Positions 18,387 through 27,721 of a DNA stretch of 64,000 bases are shown one piece after another; the stretch's first letter is position 1; each line of letters opens with the position of its first letter. Below the pieces are notes generated by a model. It ran no database searches and was not told the origin of the DNA. It was given only the letters and a program-made list of their open reading frames with translations. This stretch comes from Thermoplasmata archaeon (lineage in GTDB: Archaea > Thermoplasmatota > Thermoplasmata > Lutacidiplasmatales > UBA184). Made by a program: the position numbers and the translations under genes. Location: contig JAKIWQ010000002.1 in NCBI GenBank assembly GCA_022749935.1, positions 2,480-66,479 on the forward strand. Reading direction: 5' to 3'.

Positions 18387-19058
18387 GTGCGAACGGGGCT
18401 CGTCGTCGTCGGAGTGGCGCTCGCCGTCGTCGGGGCGGGTCTCACGCTCAGCGCCTTCTTTGAGCCGGGCGCCCCGTCGCTGACCCAAGTCAACCCCCTC
18501 GCCGCCCCAAACCTCCAACCCGGCCTGCCCCGTACGATGGTCGTCTGGCTTCAGAACACCTCGTCCGGGTCGCTCGAGCTCAATTGGGTCTCGAGTTCGA
18601 ACGTGAATGTCAGCTTCTACCGGGCTACGAATTGCGGGTTCCTGGGCGTCGTGAAACCCTCGGACTACTGCCCCGATGGGCCGCCGATCGTGAGTTGGGC
18701 GTCCAATGCCTCGGGCCACTGGAATACGACGGGCCGGATTTCGTTCCCCTGCCTGTTGAATCTCCAGAATCCCGGCCCCAAGACCGTGAACGTCACCGCC
18801 GTGTTCGATGAGGTCTGGGCCTCGACCGGCCCCAAGGTTCCGACGTGGGTCACCCTGTCGACCATCGCGGGAGGCATCGCGTGCATCAGCATCGGCGGGG
18901 TCGCCATCTTCCTCGGACTGTTCCTGCGGTCGGGGGTCTACGCTCGGCCCCCTCGGGAGGAGTCGCTCGACGAGGTCCGGAGCCCTCGAGGCGGGGGTCC
19001 GGAGAAGGGTCCCTCCGACGACTCGGACGACGATCTCCTCGAGGACCCTCCCGAGTAG
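18387..19058 (+). CDS. Membrane-anchored extracellular protein with many N-x-S/T sequons and an acidic C-terminal tail
   Basis: GTG 18387. N-terminal TM (GLVVVGVALAVVGAGL), sequons NTS/NVS/NAS/NTT/NVT, C-terminal TM (IAGGIACISIGGVAIFLGLFL), then DDSDDDLLEDPPE. The upstream part of the track ORF is antisense to tfb. Confidence 0.55.
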   Translation: MRTGLVVVGVALAVVGAGLTLSAFFEPGAPSLTQVNPLAAPNLQPGLPRTMVVWLQNTSSGSLELNWVSSSNVNVSFYRATNCGFLGVVKPSDYCPDGPPIVSWASNASGHWNTTGRISFPCLLNLQNPGPKTVNVTAVFDEVWASTGPKVPTWVTLSTIAGGIACISIGGVAIFLGLFLRSGVYARPPREESLDEVRSPRGGGPEKGPSDDSDDDLLEDPPE

Positions 19059-19069
19059 GTCCCCAGGTA

Positions 19070-20884
19070 CTACTGCCCCCAGAACGGCTGGGTGGTCCGG
19101 TGCATCCGGGCGACTTCGTCCAGGATGGCCATCTCCACCGGCGTCAGCGATTGATTCTTGAAGGCCCGCGCGGCGGCCTCGGGCACCGAGACGAGGAGAA
19201 CGTCCCCCTCCTTCAGGTTCCGCCCCATGACCGCCCCGTCGATGGAGGCGGCCAGTTCGGTCCCTTCGGTCGCCTCCGCGACCGATTCCCCGTCTTTCTG
19301 GAGGGCCTTGAGGAGACCCACTTCGGTGCCATCGGGTTTCATGAGACGGATCCCGGGGCGGAGCGTGCCCCCGAGTACCTTCACGCCGACGATGGCCGGT
19401 TTCGAGGCCCGGAACACGAACCCAGAAAGGACCTCGAGTTTGGCCGGATGGACGAGCGCCAACCTACGCCCGGACGCGAGGGCCCGTACCCGCTCGGTCC
19501 GCCAGGTCCCGTACTCCTCGAGCAGGCGATACATGACCTCGGCCCGGAGGATCTTCACCGGGCCGGCCTCCCCCTCCGGCTGGGCGTCGGGTAGGATCGG
19601 GACGTTGAAGGCAAGGACCGCCCGGTGGCTTGGGTCCTTCACGGTCGCCATGCGCAGGATCGTGGGCCGACCCACGGGACCCACTCCCGTCTCATGGACG
19701 GGGATCTGGTTCTCCCGGCACTCGAAGGCGAGGGCCTCGAGGCCCCCGAGCGTGTCGGCAAAGATCCCTACCCCGCTCGGCGCGGGGTCCGCCACGGGTT
19801 GAGCTTCGCGCGTGAGCTCGATCCGTACCCGCTCGCGCTCCTCCTCGTTCCGCACCACTCGGAGGAGGCCCCCCGGCATCGCGTCCTCTATCCCGGGTGC
19901 GGATACGTAGACCCCGGCCGCCGCCTGAACGGAGTCGAGCGACTCGAGCCGGGGCGTCCGTGGCGACTTTCCCGGCTTGTTCGTCACGGGCCGGTAGATC
20001 CCTCGGATCTTGGCCGAGAACGGCTCGTTGCGTCCGTTCGCGACCACTTCGTCCCCGACCCGCAGCCGCCCGTTGTAGAGGATCACGCTGCCGACCGGGC
20101 CCACCCCCTTCTGGTCGCTTCGCTCGAGGATCGTGGCTTCTCCGCCCTCTTCGACCAGCTGGAGCTCCTGGCTCAGGAACCGTTGAGAGAGTCCGACCAA
20201 GAGGGCGATGAGTTCGGGGACGCCGACGCCGGATTTGGCGGAGACCGGTACGATGCCGATGTTGTGGGCGAAGTCGCTCACCCGGTCGTACCGCTCGGCG
20301 GAGAAGCCGAGGCCGCCAAGGCTTTCCGAGATCGTGTAGAGGCGCGCGTCCAGCGTCTTCACGAACTCCGGCCCGCCCTTCGCCAGCTGGTCGGCGAGCG
20401 GGACCGGGGCGGGCACCTTCCGCCAGCCCGCGAGGAGGTCGATCTTGGTCATCGCGACCGCGAACGGGGTCTTCTCGTGGCGGAGGATCTGGATCGATTC
20501 CCGGGTCTGCGGCATCACGCCCTCGCGGGAATCGATGACGAGGATCGCAAGGTCGGCGAGCGCGCCGCCCCGGCGGCGCATCGTCTCGAACGACCGATGC
20601 CCTGGCGTGTCTACGAAGAGCAGGCCCGGCACGGCGAACTGGTCCGTCCGCAGGATCCCCTGGCACAGGGCCCGCACCGTCTCCCCCGGGACCTCGATCG
20701 CTCCGATATGTTGGGTGATCCCGCCCGCCTCCTTCGAGGCCCGCACGCTCCCCGCGATCCGATCGAGCAGAGTGGTCTTTCCGTGGTCGACGTGGCCGAG
20801 GACGGAGACGATCGGTTCTCGGAGTTCGGCCACGGTCCTTTCGAGAGACCGGGGCGTTTTACAGTTGCGCCGGGGCGCCCGCAC
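19070..20884 (-). CDS. infB: Translation initiation factor aIF5B (IF-2)
   Basis: G1 motif [19 protein letters not shown], the downstream beta-barrel and C-terminal domains, and a typical ~600-aa length. Confidence 0.95.
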   Translation of the reverse strand: MRAPRRNCKTPRSLERTVAELREPIVSVLGHVDHGKTTLLDRIAGSVRASKEAGGITQHIGAIEVPGETVRALCQGILRTDQFAVPGLLFVDTPGHRSFETMRRRGGALADLAILVIDSREGVMPQTRESIQILRHEKTPFAVAMTKIDLLAGWRKVPAPVPLADQLAKGGPEFVKTLDARLYTISESLGGLGFSAERYDRVSDFAHNIGIVPVSAKSGVGVPELIALLVGLSQRFLSQELQLVEEGGEATILERSDQKGVGPVGSVILYNGRLRVGDEVVANGRNEPFSAKIRGIYRPVTNKPGKSPRTPRLESLDSVQAAAGVYVSAPGIEDAMPGGLLRVVRNEEERERVRIELTREAQPVADPAPSGVGIFADTLGGLEALAFECRENQIPVHETGVGPVGRPTILRMATVKDPSHRAVLAFNVPILPDAQPEGEAGPVKILRAEVMYRLLEEYGTWRTERVRALASGRRLALVHPAKLEVLSGFVFRASKPAIVGVKVLGGTLRPGIRLMKPDGTEVGLLKALQKDGESVAEATEGTELAASIDGAVMGRNLKEGDVLLVSVPEAAARAFKNQSLTPVEMAILDEVARMHRTTQPFWGQ

Positions 20885-22193
20885 TCGGTTCCGGACGGCG
20901 GAACTCGGCGAGCCGACCGGAGATCAAGGGTACCACGAGCTCCTCCGGTTCGAGACCGCTGTGGGCCCCGAGGAACTCGGGGGACCGCGACTCCACTCGG
21001 AGCCTCGGCGTGAGGAGGCCCGACGGGACCGGGACGAGGGCGAGGAGGTCGCCGAGGCGCTCGACCAGCTCGGGGTGGTGCGGTGGGGGACCGTACAATC
21101 CCGCCGACACGGCCTCCGACATCGCGATCACGCGGCTACCGGAGGGCAACTTGCGGTCGAGGGCCGCGTGGAGCGCTTCCAGCCGTCCCCAGCGGGCCGT
21201 GAAGTATCCAGCCCGCCGGTCGCCTGCGAGCGGCCGGGCCATCTCGTCCGAAATCTCGGGGATGAGGTCGACTCGGATCTGCCGGGCCGGGTCGACGGCC
21301 ACCTGACCGTGGTCGGCCGTGACGAAGACCTGCGTGTTCCGTCCCGTCGCGGAATCCGCCCGCCCCGCCACGTGGGCGACGAGGTGGGCCAGGCGCTGGG
21401 CCTCGAATTCGAAGAGCCCGCGATTGAGCCCGCGAAGATGGTTCACCGTGTCGAGCTCGTCCCAGTACGCCAGGATGAGCGACGGAGGGTTCGGCCGGCG
21501 AAGCAGCTCATCGAGGAGATGGGCCATGTCGGAGGCGGAGGAGTACCCGACGAATTCCGCTCCGTCGTAGAGGACCCGGTTGAATCCGGTCCCATCGAAC
21601 TGGCGCCGCGTGAGGACGGCGCCATGGACGCCGCGACGGAAGACGCTCGGGACGCCGGAAACGTCCGAAGGACTCCATCCTGGCCCCACGAGCTCCTCGG
21701 CGCCCGGACGGTCCGACCGGCTCATCCGAAGGACATCGGCGACGATGCCGAGTCGCGGGAGATACTGGAGCGGGCCAACGAGGCCGTGCCGTCCGGGGGG
21801 TACTCCGCTCGAAATGCTCGTCAACGCCGAGACGGTCGTCGTGGGGAATACCGTCGTGATCGGTCGCGCCCTCCCGGCCCAATCGGCAGCGTGGAGCGAC
21901 GAACCGGAGTGGGCCCATTCGAGGAAGGGGTGCCATCCGAACCCGTCGACCTGCACCACGACGACCGGTCCCTCGGCCCGTCGGCCCCGAAAGGGGTCGA
22001 GCTCGGCGGTAAGAGGGGGAGCGAGCGGAGGGCCTCCCGAGAATTCGCGGCCGAGGGCTCGGACGATGGTCGGAAGCAGGTTGGCGACCGAACGACCGTC
22101 GTAGGCCGGGCGGGGGAGCCCGAGAGGGCCGACCGGGGCGGCCAAGGAGCGGGCCTCCGCGCTCTTCGACTCCCACTCACCGGCCGAACCCAC
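20859..22193 (-). CDS. Alkaline-phosphatase-superfamily protein (nucleotide pyrophosphatase/phosphodiesterase-like)
   Basis: [25 protein letters not shown] is the nucleophile Thr region. [10 protein letters not shown] and VFVTADHG are metal-ligand motifs. Confidence 0.8.
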   Translation of the reverse strand: MGSAGEWESKSAEARSLAAPVGPLGLPRPAYDGRSVANLLPTIVRALGREFSGGPPLAPPLTAELDPFRGRRAEGPVVVVQVDGFGWHPFLEWAHSGSSLHAADWAGRARPITTVFPTTTVSALTSISSGVPPGRHGLVGPLQYLPRLGIVADVLRMSRSDRPGAEELVGPGWSPSDVSGVPSVFRRGVHGAVLTRRQFDGTGFNRVLYDGAEFVGYSSASDMAHLLDELLRRPNPPSLILAYWDELDTVNHLRGLNRGLFEFEAQRLAHLVAHVAGRADSATGRNTQVFVTADHGQVAVDPARQIRVDLIPEISDEMARPLAGDRRAGYFTARWGRLEALHAALDRKLPSGSRVIAMSEAVSAGLYGPPPHHPELVERLGDLLALVPVPSGLLTPRLRVESRSPEFLGAHSGLEPEELVVPLISGRLAEFRRPEPSAGAPAQL

Positions 22194-22230
22194 AGGTGCC
22201 CCTTCCCGAGGGCCACCCCGGCTGCGCTAC

Positions 22231-23292
22231 TTAATTGACCGCCCCCGCCCGCTCGAAGTCGTCGAGGGACGCTTGACGCTGGGACCGGGGAAGGAGTCGC
22301 TCGGTCCGGACCGAGACCGTCCGGACGCTTCGGGCCCCGGAGGCGGTGGCCCGTTCCCAAAGCTCGCGACCGAGGCGCACGGCGGCATCTCGGACCGGTC
22401 CCGGACCCTCCGCGGCCGCCCGAAGGACCCGGCCCCGCTGGCTCCGGGAGAAATCGCCCCATCGGTACGCGACCCCAACGGCCCCGTACCGGTACCCTTC
22501 CTTTCCGAGAGAAGTCCCGAGCTGTTCGGCCATCGAGCTCAGGGCCGGCGCGATCTCCTCCCACGAGGTCGCGTCCCGCTCGAAGGTCCGGTCGGTCGAC
22601 CGGATACGGGGTCCGCTCTCCACTTCGCGAGACTCGTGTGGCGCCCCTCGTGCGAGGGAGATCAGGTCGCGGGCAAACGAGCCGAGTACCCGCTCGAGGT
22701 CCCGGCTTCGATACCGCGCGAGCTCCCCGATGGTTCGGACGCCGATCGACTCGAGGAGGACCTCGGTCTTCGGACCTACGCCCGGAATGGCGCGTACCGG
22801 CAGGGGCGCGAGAAAGGCGACTACGTCGGTCGGTTCGACCAGGATGATCCCACCGGGTTTCGCCCGGTCCGTCGCGATCTTCGCCACGATCCGAGAGGTC
22901 GCGACCCCGAGGGACGCAGGGAGGTTCAGCTCGGTCCGAAGGTGGCGCTGGATCTCTTCCGCGACCCGCCGCGCTTCGGACGAAGGCACCGCTCCGAGGA
23001 CGACCGCCGCCTCGTCGATGCTGAGCGGGATCACTTCAGGAGAGAACCGCGAGAGCAACGTACGCACCTCCGAGGCCGTCCGTTCGTATTTCGGGAAATC
23101 CGGAGGGAGCCACGTCGCCTCTGGGGCGAGGCGCGCGGCCGCCTGGGCCGGCATGGCGCTCTTCACCCCGTGGCGCCGGGCCTCGTAACTCGCCGAGAGG
23201 ACCACGCCCCGTGTCGGTCCCCCCGCGGGGGGAGGACCTACGATCACCTCTTTCCCGACGAGTTCGGGACGGTCGCGGACTTCGCACGACAC
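22231..23292 (-). CDS. dinB: Y-family DNA polymerase IV (Dpo4/Dbh type); the true N-terminus is almost certainly upstream of the called GTG
   Basis: [21 protein letters not shown], the little-finger region and HhH motifs. The called start is the first canonical start codon. The conserved VYVDLDAYY motif lies immediately upstream in frame (see finding). Confidence 0.9.
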   Translation of the reverse strand: MSCEVRDRPELVGKEVIVGPPPAGGPTRGVVLSASYEARRHGVKSAMPAQAAARLAPEATWLPPDFPKYERTASEVRTLLSRFSPEVIPLSIDEAAVVLGAVPSSEARRVAEEIQRHLRTELNLPASLGVATSRIVAKIATDRAKPGGIILVEPTDVVAFLAPLPVRAIPGVGPKTEVLLESIGVRTIGELARYRSRDLERVLGSFARDLISLARGAPHESREVESGPRIRSTDRTFERDATSWEEIAPALSSMAEQLGTSLGKEGYRYGAVGVAYRWGDFSRSQRGRVLRAAAEGPGPVRDAAVRLGRELWERATASGARSVRTVSVRTERLLPRSQRQASLDDFERAGAVN

Positions 23293-23462
23293 GTAGTACG
23301 CGTCGAGGTCGACGTAGACGACCCAGCGGTCCTCCCGGACCAGCGACGGGTTCTCCGGCAGGGCCGGGTCGAGTCCGGGCGGTGGTGCGGAGGTCAGGGT
23401 CGCCCTCGGGTCGGGAAGGACTTACTCCGAATAACCTCGGGCCGGGAGGTGACGGAACGGTC

Positions 23463-24188
23463 CTACGGCCCGCCGAAGTCCACGGCCTTCGCGTCGACCA
23501 CGATCCCGTTCGGCCCGATGGAGTAGGGCTGCACCGTCCGAGCGTGCGAGGTCCGCCGCATCTTGAGGATCCGGAGGGATAGACCTACGCGATGCCCGTC
23601 CCCCCCGGTTCGGTAACCGAGGAGGATCACCCCGTCGGACACGTACTCGGACAAGCCGTCCCGTGAGACTTCCGGATGCTGGGGGTCGGCCTCGGCCGTC
23701 AGGAGGGTCGTCGCTCCGGACGCGCGACACGCGCCCGCGAGGGCGAAGAGGGTGGTCCGTCGGCCGGGCTCGTCGTCGCTCAGCATGTTGAGGAGCGACA
23801 CCGAATCGAGGACGATGCGGGTCGCCTTGAGTGCCTCCAGCTCCTTGCCGAGCTCGCCCTGGATTCGGTGGAGACTTTGACGGGTCTCCTTCGGGTCGAG
23901 GCGGACGATCTTGAGGGTGCCGTCCTTCAAGGCCGCGTCGACCGGCCAGTGGAACTGGCGGGCCGTCTCGGTCAGCTGGGGAACGTCCTCCTCGAGCGAG
24001 AGGAAGACGGCCCGTTCGCCCCGGGCCACCCCTGAGAGTAGGAACTGGAGCCCGAGGCAGGTCTTGCCCGTGCCGGGCAATCCGGTGACGAGGACGACGT
24101 GACCCGCGGGCACGCCCCCGCCGAGCATCTCGTCCAGGCCGGCGACCCCGGTCGGCACCTTCGGACGGGGTGGCTCAGATTCGCTCAT
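23463..24188 (-). CDS. KaiC/RadA-like RecA-superfamily ATPase (intact Walker A/B)
   Basis: VPTGVAGLDEMLGGGVP.G.VVLVTGLPGTGKTCLGLQFL (Walker A) and RIVLDSVS (Walker B). Single-domain size of about 240 aa. Confidence 0.85.
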   Translation of the reverse strand: MSESEPPRPKVPTGVAGLDEMLGGGVPAGHVVLVTGLPGTGKTCLGLQFLLSGVARGERAVFLSLEEDVPQLTETARQFHWPVDAALKDGTLKIVRLDPKETRQSLHRIQGELGKELEALKATRIVLDSVSLLNMLSDDEPGRRTTLFALAGACRASGATTLLTAEADPQHPEVSRDGLSEYVSDGVILLGYRTGGDGHRVGLSLRILKMRRTSHARTVQPYSIGPNGIVVDAKAVDFGGP

Positions 24189-25095
24189 ATTGTGTCGTCA
24201 CCAATCCGTTCACCGACCCGACTCGGATGACAAAGCGGCCGTGGTACTCGGCCGGAACTCGGGCCAGGATCGGCATGAACTTCTCGATCAGCATCGTGCG
24301 CTGCCGGTGCGAGTGGCTCGGGCTCGTCGTCCAGGTGAAGTGGAGCACCCCGTCGACCGAGTCGATGACGGCTTGCTCGACCGCCGAGGGCGCCACTCCT
24401 TCGGAGAGGATCAGGTAGACGACCGCGTTCCATTCCTTCGCGCGCCGGCGGAGTCCTTTCAAGAGGGTGATCAGGTCTCCGGCGTCCACGCCCCGCCGTA
24501 CGAGGAGGTCGGTGAGGGAATCGACGATCACGAGTTTGCGGCCGGCGGCGGGGTCGATCCCGTCGGCGAGGGCCCGAAGGGGTCCTCCGTCCGCTCCCAC
24601 CGTGGGCGATCGTGCCCCCAACAAGGGGCTCGGAACGGCCGACCAGGACGACGGGACGACGGTGTCCTGAAAGTACTCGCGCGAGAGGTCGAGAAAGGTG
24701 AGGTGCCGCCCGAGGACTTCCCCGTAGGTAGGGTCGAACGACCCCCGAACCTCGTCGAGGACCTGGTCCTTCGAACGACTCGTGCTGATGTAGACCACAC
24801 CCTCCGGATAGACGAACGGTCCCTTGGCACTCCCGAGATAGAACTCGTGGAGCCGGGGAAGGTCGTAGTGCAGCATGAGGTGGACCGCGGAGGTGAGGGC
24901 GAACTCCTGGTGGCCCGCTCCGGCCTCGCCCCAGAGGAGAACGACCGAGCCGGTCGGCATCCCTCCCGTGATGTAGTCGAAATCGGGGACACCGGTCGGG
25001 ACTCGGGCCGGTTGCCCCGCCAGGTCCGGTGCCTTCGCCGGGCCGGACGGAGACTGGGTCGGGAGGAGAAAAGGGCGAGGAGATTGGGCGGCCAT
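24175..25095 (-). CDS. KaiC-like RecA-fold protein with a degenerate Walker A (probably catalytically inactive partner)
   Basis: VPTGVPDFDYITGGMPTGSVVLLWGEAGAGHQEFAL has H-Q where the P-loop K-T/S is expected. The Walker B-like KLVIVDSLT is retained. Overlaps the downstream ATPase gene by 14 nt. Confidence 0.7.
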   Translation of the reverse strand: MAAQSPRPFLLPTQSPSGPAKAPDLAGQPARVPTGVPDFDYITGGMPTGSVVLLWGEAGAGHQEFALTSAVHLMLHYDLPRLHEFYLGSAKGPFVYPEGVVYISTSRSKDQVLDEVRGSFDPTYGEVLGRHLTFLDLSREYFQDTVVPSSWSAVPSPLLGARSPTVGADGGPLRALADGIDPAAGRKLVIVDSLTDLLVRRGVDAGDLITLLKGLRRRAKEWNAVVYLILSEGVAPSAVEQAVIDSVDGVLHFTWTTSPSHSHRQRTMLIEKFMPILARVPAEYHGRFVIRVGSVNGLVTTQYERI

Positions 25096-25163
25096 CCGCT
25101 GGGTGACTCCGGTGGCGCGACGCGGGTGCCCGGTATTAGTAGGCTCTTGTGGAAACGCGGCCT

Positions 25164-26453
25164 TTACGCCGCCGATCCGGCCTTAAGGAACTCTCGCATC
25201 AGCACCGTGGCGTATGCTCCTTTCGGCAATGCGAAGAGGAAGCGGACCCGCTCTCCCTCCTCCGCGGTGGTCCATATGGGAGGGAGGGGGACGAGCACCG
25301 CGCGTCCCGCTCCTCGGCTGGCGATTTCGGGCGTGGAAGGGAGACGGAACATCCTCCGGTCGACGCCCTCGGCCCGGAGGAGTTCATCGAGCAGTACCCC
25401 GGCGGGACCTTCGGTCTCAGGTGTCTCGAAGCCGACGAGGGGTCCGGCCACTAGCGCCCGCCCCCGCGCGACCAGGTCCGTGCACTCGCCCAGATTGTCC
25501 GTGCCGACCGGGATCCCCTCCTGGCTCCGGACGGAGCCGTCCCGGCCCAGTCGCAGGATCTCGTCCCCCGGTACGGGCGTGTTCAGAGGAATCCCATCGG
25601 CGGCGCGGCGAGTGACCCAGCGATTGAAGAGGTACGATTGAAACGCGTGGACGAACAGTAGGCGGAGGTCGCGGGAGAGCCCTCGGAACGCACGAGACGG
25701 GGGATGCCCGCGCGCCAGATGCTCGAGGAGCGTGCGCTCGAAGCGGTACTCCGAGGGAAACTCGCGCAGCGCCCGAGCCGCATCCCGATGGTCCGCGTAC
25801 GCGGCGCGGGCCGCATCTCCCCTTCCCTCGAGACCCCCGGCGGGTCGCCCCGTCAGGTAGACGTCCACCGCTCGGGCGAGGTCTCCCCGAACGACCCATC
25901 GTCCGACCTCATGGGTGATCGGGCGTACCTCGCCGAAGCGCTGTGGACCGAAAAAATTTGGAAATCCGCCCAGCTCCCGTAGTTCGCGCTCGACCTCCCG
26001 ATACGCACCCACGGCCTCGGTCGGGGAGACGGCCAGTTGGTCCAGGTGCAGGTCGAAGGCGTTTCCGTAATGGTGTCCGAGCACGAGACCGTCGCGCGCT
26101 CGATACGCTTCGACCACTTCGACCCGGGGCAGGTCCAGGTCCCGATCCGGAGGCAGCCCCCGGTACGAGAGGAGCCGCTCGGAGACGGCGCGACGATCCT
26201 TGGTCCCCGACCACTGTACAGAATTCGCCGGCAAGCCAAGCTGCCGCGCGATCGCGGCTCCGAGCTCGTGTTGCTCCCAGTCCCGGCTGACGACGCGGAG
26301 GACCGCGTACGGACCCTCCGGGTCCGGCATCGGGAACGAGGAGATCTCGGTCACGCGAAACGCGTCGCTCGACGCTTTCAAGCGTCCGAAGACCCCCGGA
26401 CTACTCGTGCGGTAGAACCCCATACCGATCTCCCGCTCGGCGAGCGGCGGCAC
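25164..26453 (-). CDS. truD: tRNA pseudouridine synthase D (TruD/Pus7 family)
   Basis: EREIGMGFYRTSSPGVFGRLK...DAFRVTEI N-terminal block, then FPNFFGPQRFG and FVHAFQSYLFNR motifs. Start taken at GTG 26453 (alternative ATG 26423). The track start 26819 would overlap the divergent gene. Confidence 0.85.
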   Translation of the reverse strand: MPPLAEREIGMGFYRTSSPGVFGRLKASSDAFRVTEISSFPMPDPEGPYAVLRVVSRDWEQHELGAAIARQLGLPANSVQWSGTKDRRAVSERLLSYRGLPPDRDLDLPRVEVVEAYRARDGLVLGHHYGNAFDLHLDQLAVSPTEAVGAYREVERELRELGGFPNFFGPQRFGEVRPITHEVGRWVVRGDLARAVDVYLTGRPAGGLEGRGDAARAAYADHRDAARALREFPSEYRFERTLLEHLARGHPPSRAFRGLSRDLRLLFVHAFQSYLFNRWVTRRAADGIPLNTPVPGDEILRLGRDGSVRSQEGIPVGTDNLGECTDLVARGRALVAGPLVGFETPETEGPAGVLLDELLRAEGVDRRMFRLPSTPEIASRGAGRAVLVPLPPIWTTAEEGERVRFLFALPKGAYATVLMREFLKAGSAA

Positions 26454-26528
26454 GCGGGCCTCCGACACGGTCGCGCGAGTCGAGGGGTCATTATTAGATG
26501 GCGGACCCGTTCCTACCGGTAGCGGCCG

Positions 26529-27005
26529 ATGATCGAGGCGACGGCTCGCGTTCTGAAGAACGTCATCGAGCTGAAAGTCGGGACCGAGGACTGGACCGCG
26601 AGGCCCGCGGGAGCGGACGATGCCGGCCTGGGTCGCCGGATCGCAGCGCTGTTCGCGACCGAGTACCTGACCTACCGCTCGAGCGAACCGGGCGTGGTCC
26701 ACTCGACCGTCTCCTATCACGCCAAGAACGATGAGATCCGTATCCAACTCGGCGGGAACACGATCAAGACGACGTCGACCGCGTTTGGCCCGCTCGGTCT
26801 CAACTACGGGGGGGTCCACTTCACCATCAACGAACGACTGACCGGGCGATTCACGATATTGCGGGCGGCCGAACCGGTCGGGGCCGGTCAGTTGGGATTT
26901 CGCTCCTGCGTGCTCAAGGATTATCCTCCGGAGCTCGAGGTGCTGTTCGCCAACCTTTCGGTGGGGTACGTCATCCGGACCCTGACCTGGGAGATGTTCG
27001 GCTGA
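26529..27005 (+). CDS. Hypothetical protein
   Basis: 158-aa ORF with good codon bias. No family confidently recognised; a beta-rich, possibly tubby/LURP-like fold is only a guess. Confidence 0.55.
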   Translation: MIEATARVLKNVIELKVGTEDWTARPAGADDAGLGRRIAALFATEYLTYRSSEPGVVHSTVSYHAKNDEIRIQLGGNTIKTTSTAFGPLGLNYGGVHFTINERLTGRFTILRAAEPVGAGQLGFRSCVLKDYPPELEVLFANLSVGYVIRTLTWEMFG

Positions 27006-27058
27006 GTCCCGGGAACCCGCGTCCCCTCCCGTTATCCCTCGGGAAACCTCCCACGACC

Positions 27059-27721
27059 GTGGAGCGGGTCGTCGGCCTCGACCTCGCGGGAAGCCCTCGA
27101 CGGATCACCGGGTTCTGCTTCCTCGATTCGGGACCCACGGCCCAGATTCACGAGCTTCATTCGGACGAGGAGATCCTCGTCGCGACCCGAGAGGCGCGCC
27201 CCGAGATCATTAGCATCGACGCTCCGCTCTCCATCCCCCTCGGCCGTCGGACCATCCAGGATCGGACCGGACCTCACCTGCGGGCGGCGGACCGCGAGCT
27301 CCTGCGCCTCGGGATCCGGTTCTTCCCCGTGACCCTCGGTCCGATGCGAATGCTGACAGAACGCGGACTCGCGCTGCGGTCGCTGTTCGAGCAGGAAGGA
27401 TTTCGGACGATCGAGAGTTATCCGGGCGCCGCGCAGGACGTGCTCGGCATCCCCCGTAAGCAGGGAGGGACCGAACCGCTTCGCCGAGGGCTCGTTCGGC
27501 TGGGTCTCGCCGGCGACCTTCGGCGAAAGGACCTCTCCCACGACGAACTCGACGGAGTGACGTGCGCGTTCGTCGGTCGGGCGTACTTGCGGGGAGACTT
27601 CCTCGCCATCGGACGACCGGACGAGGGGTTGATGATCCTTCCCTCCCGATCCGCCTGCCTTCGAAGGTACCGGTCCCGCGGCCTCCGCCCCGACGACGGC
27701 CCGCCGCCGCCGCGGGCCTAA
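27059..27721 (+). CDS. DUF429-family protein (predicted RNase H-like fold)
   Basis: VVGLDLAGSPRR.TGFCFLD....EIISIDAPLS.P.G.....R..DREL...GIRFFP is the typical DUF429 N-terminal architecture. Confidence 0.75.
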   Translation: MERVVGLDLAGSPRRITGFCFLDSGPTAQIHELHSDEEILVATREARPEIISIDAPLSIPLGRRTIQDRTGPHLRAADRELLRLGIRFFPVTLGPMRMLTERGLALRSLFEQEGFRTIESYPGAAQDVLGIPRKQGGTEPLRRGLVRLGLAGDLRRKDLSHDELDGVTCAFVGRAYLRGDFLAIGRPDEGLMILPSRSACLRRYRSRGLRPDDGPPPPRA

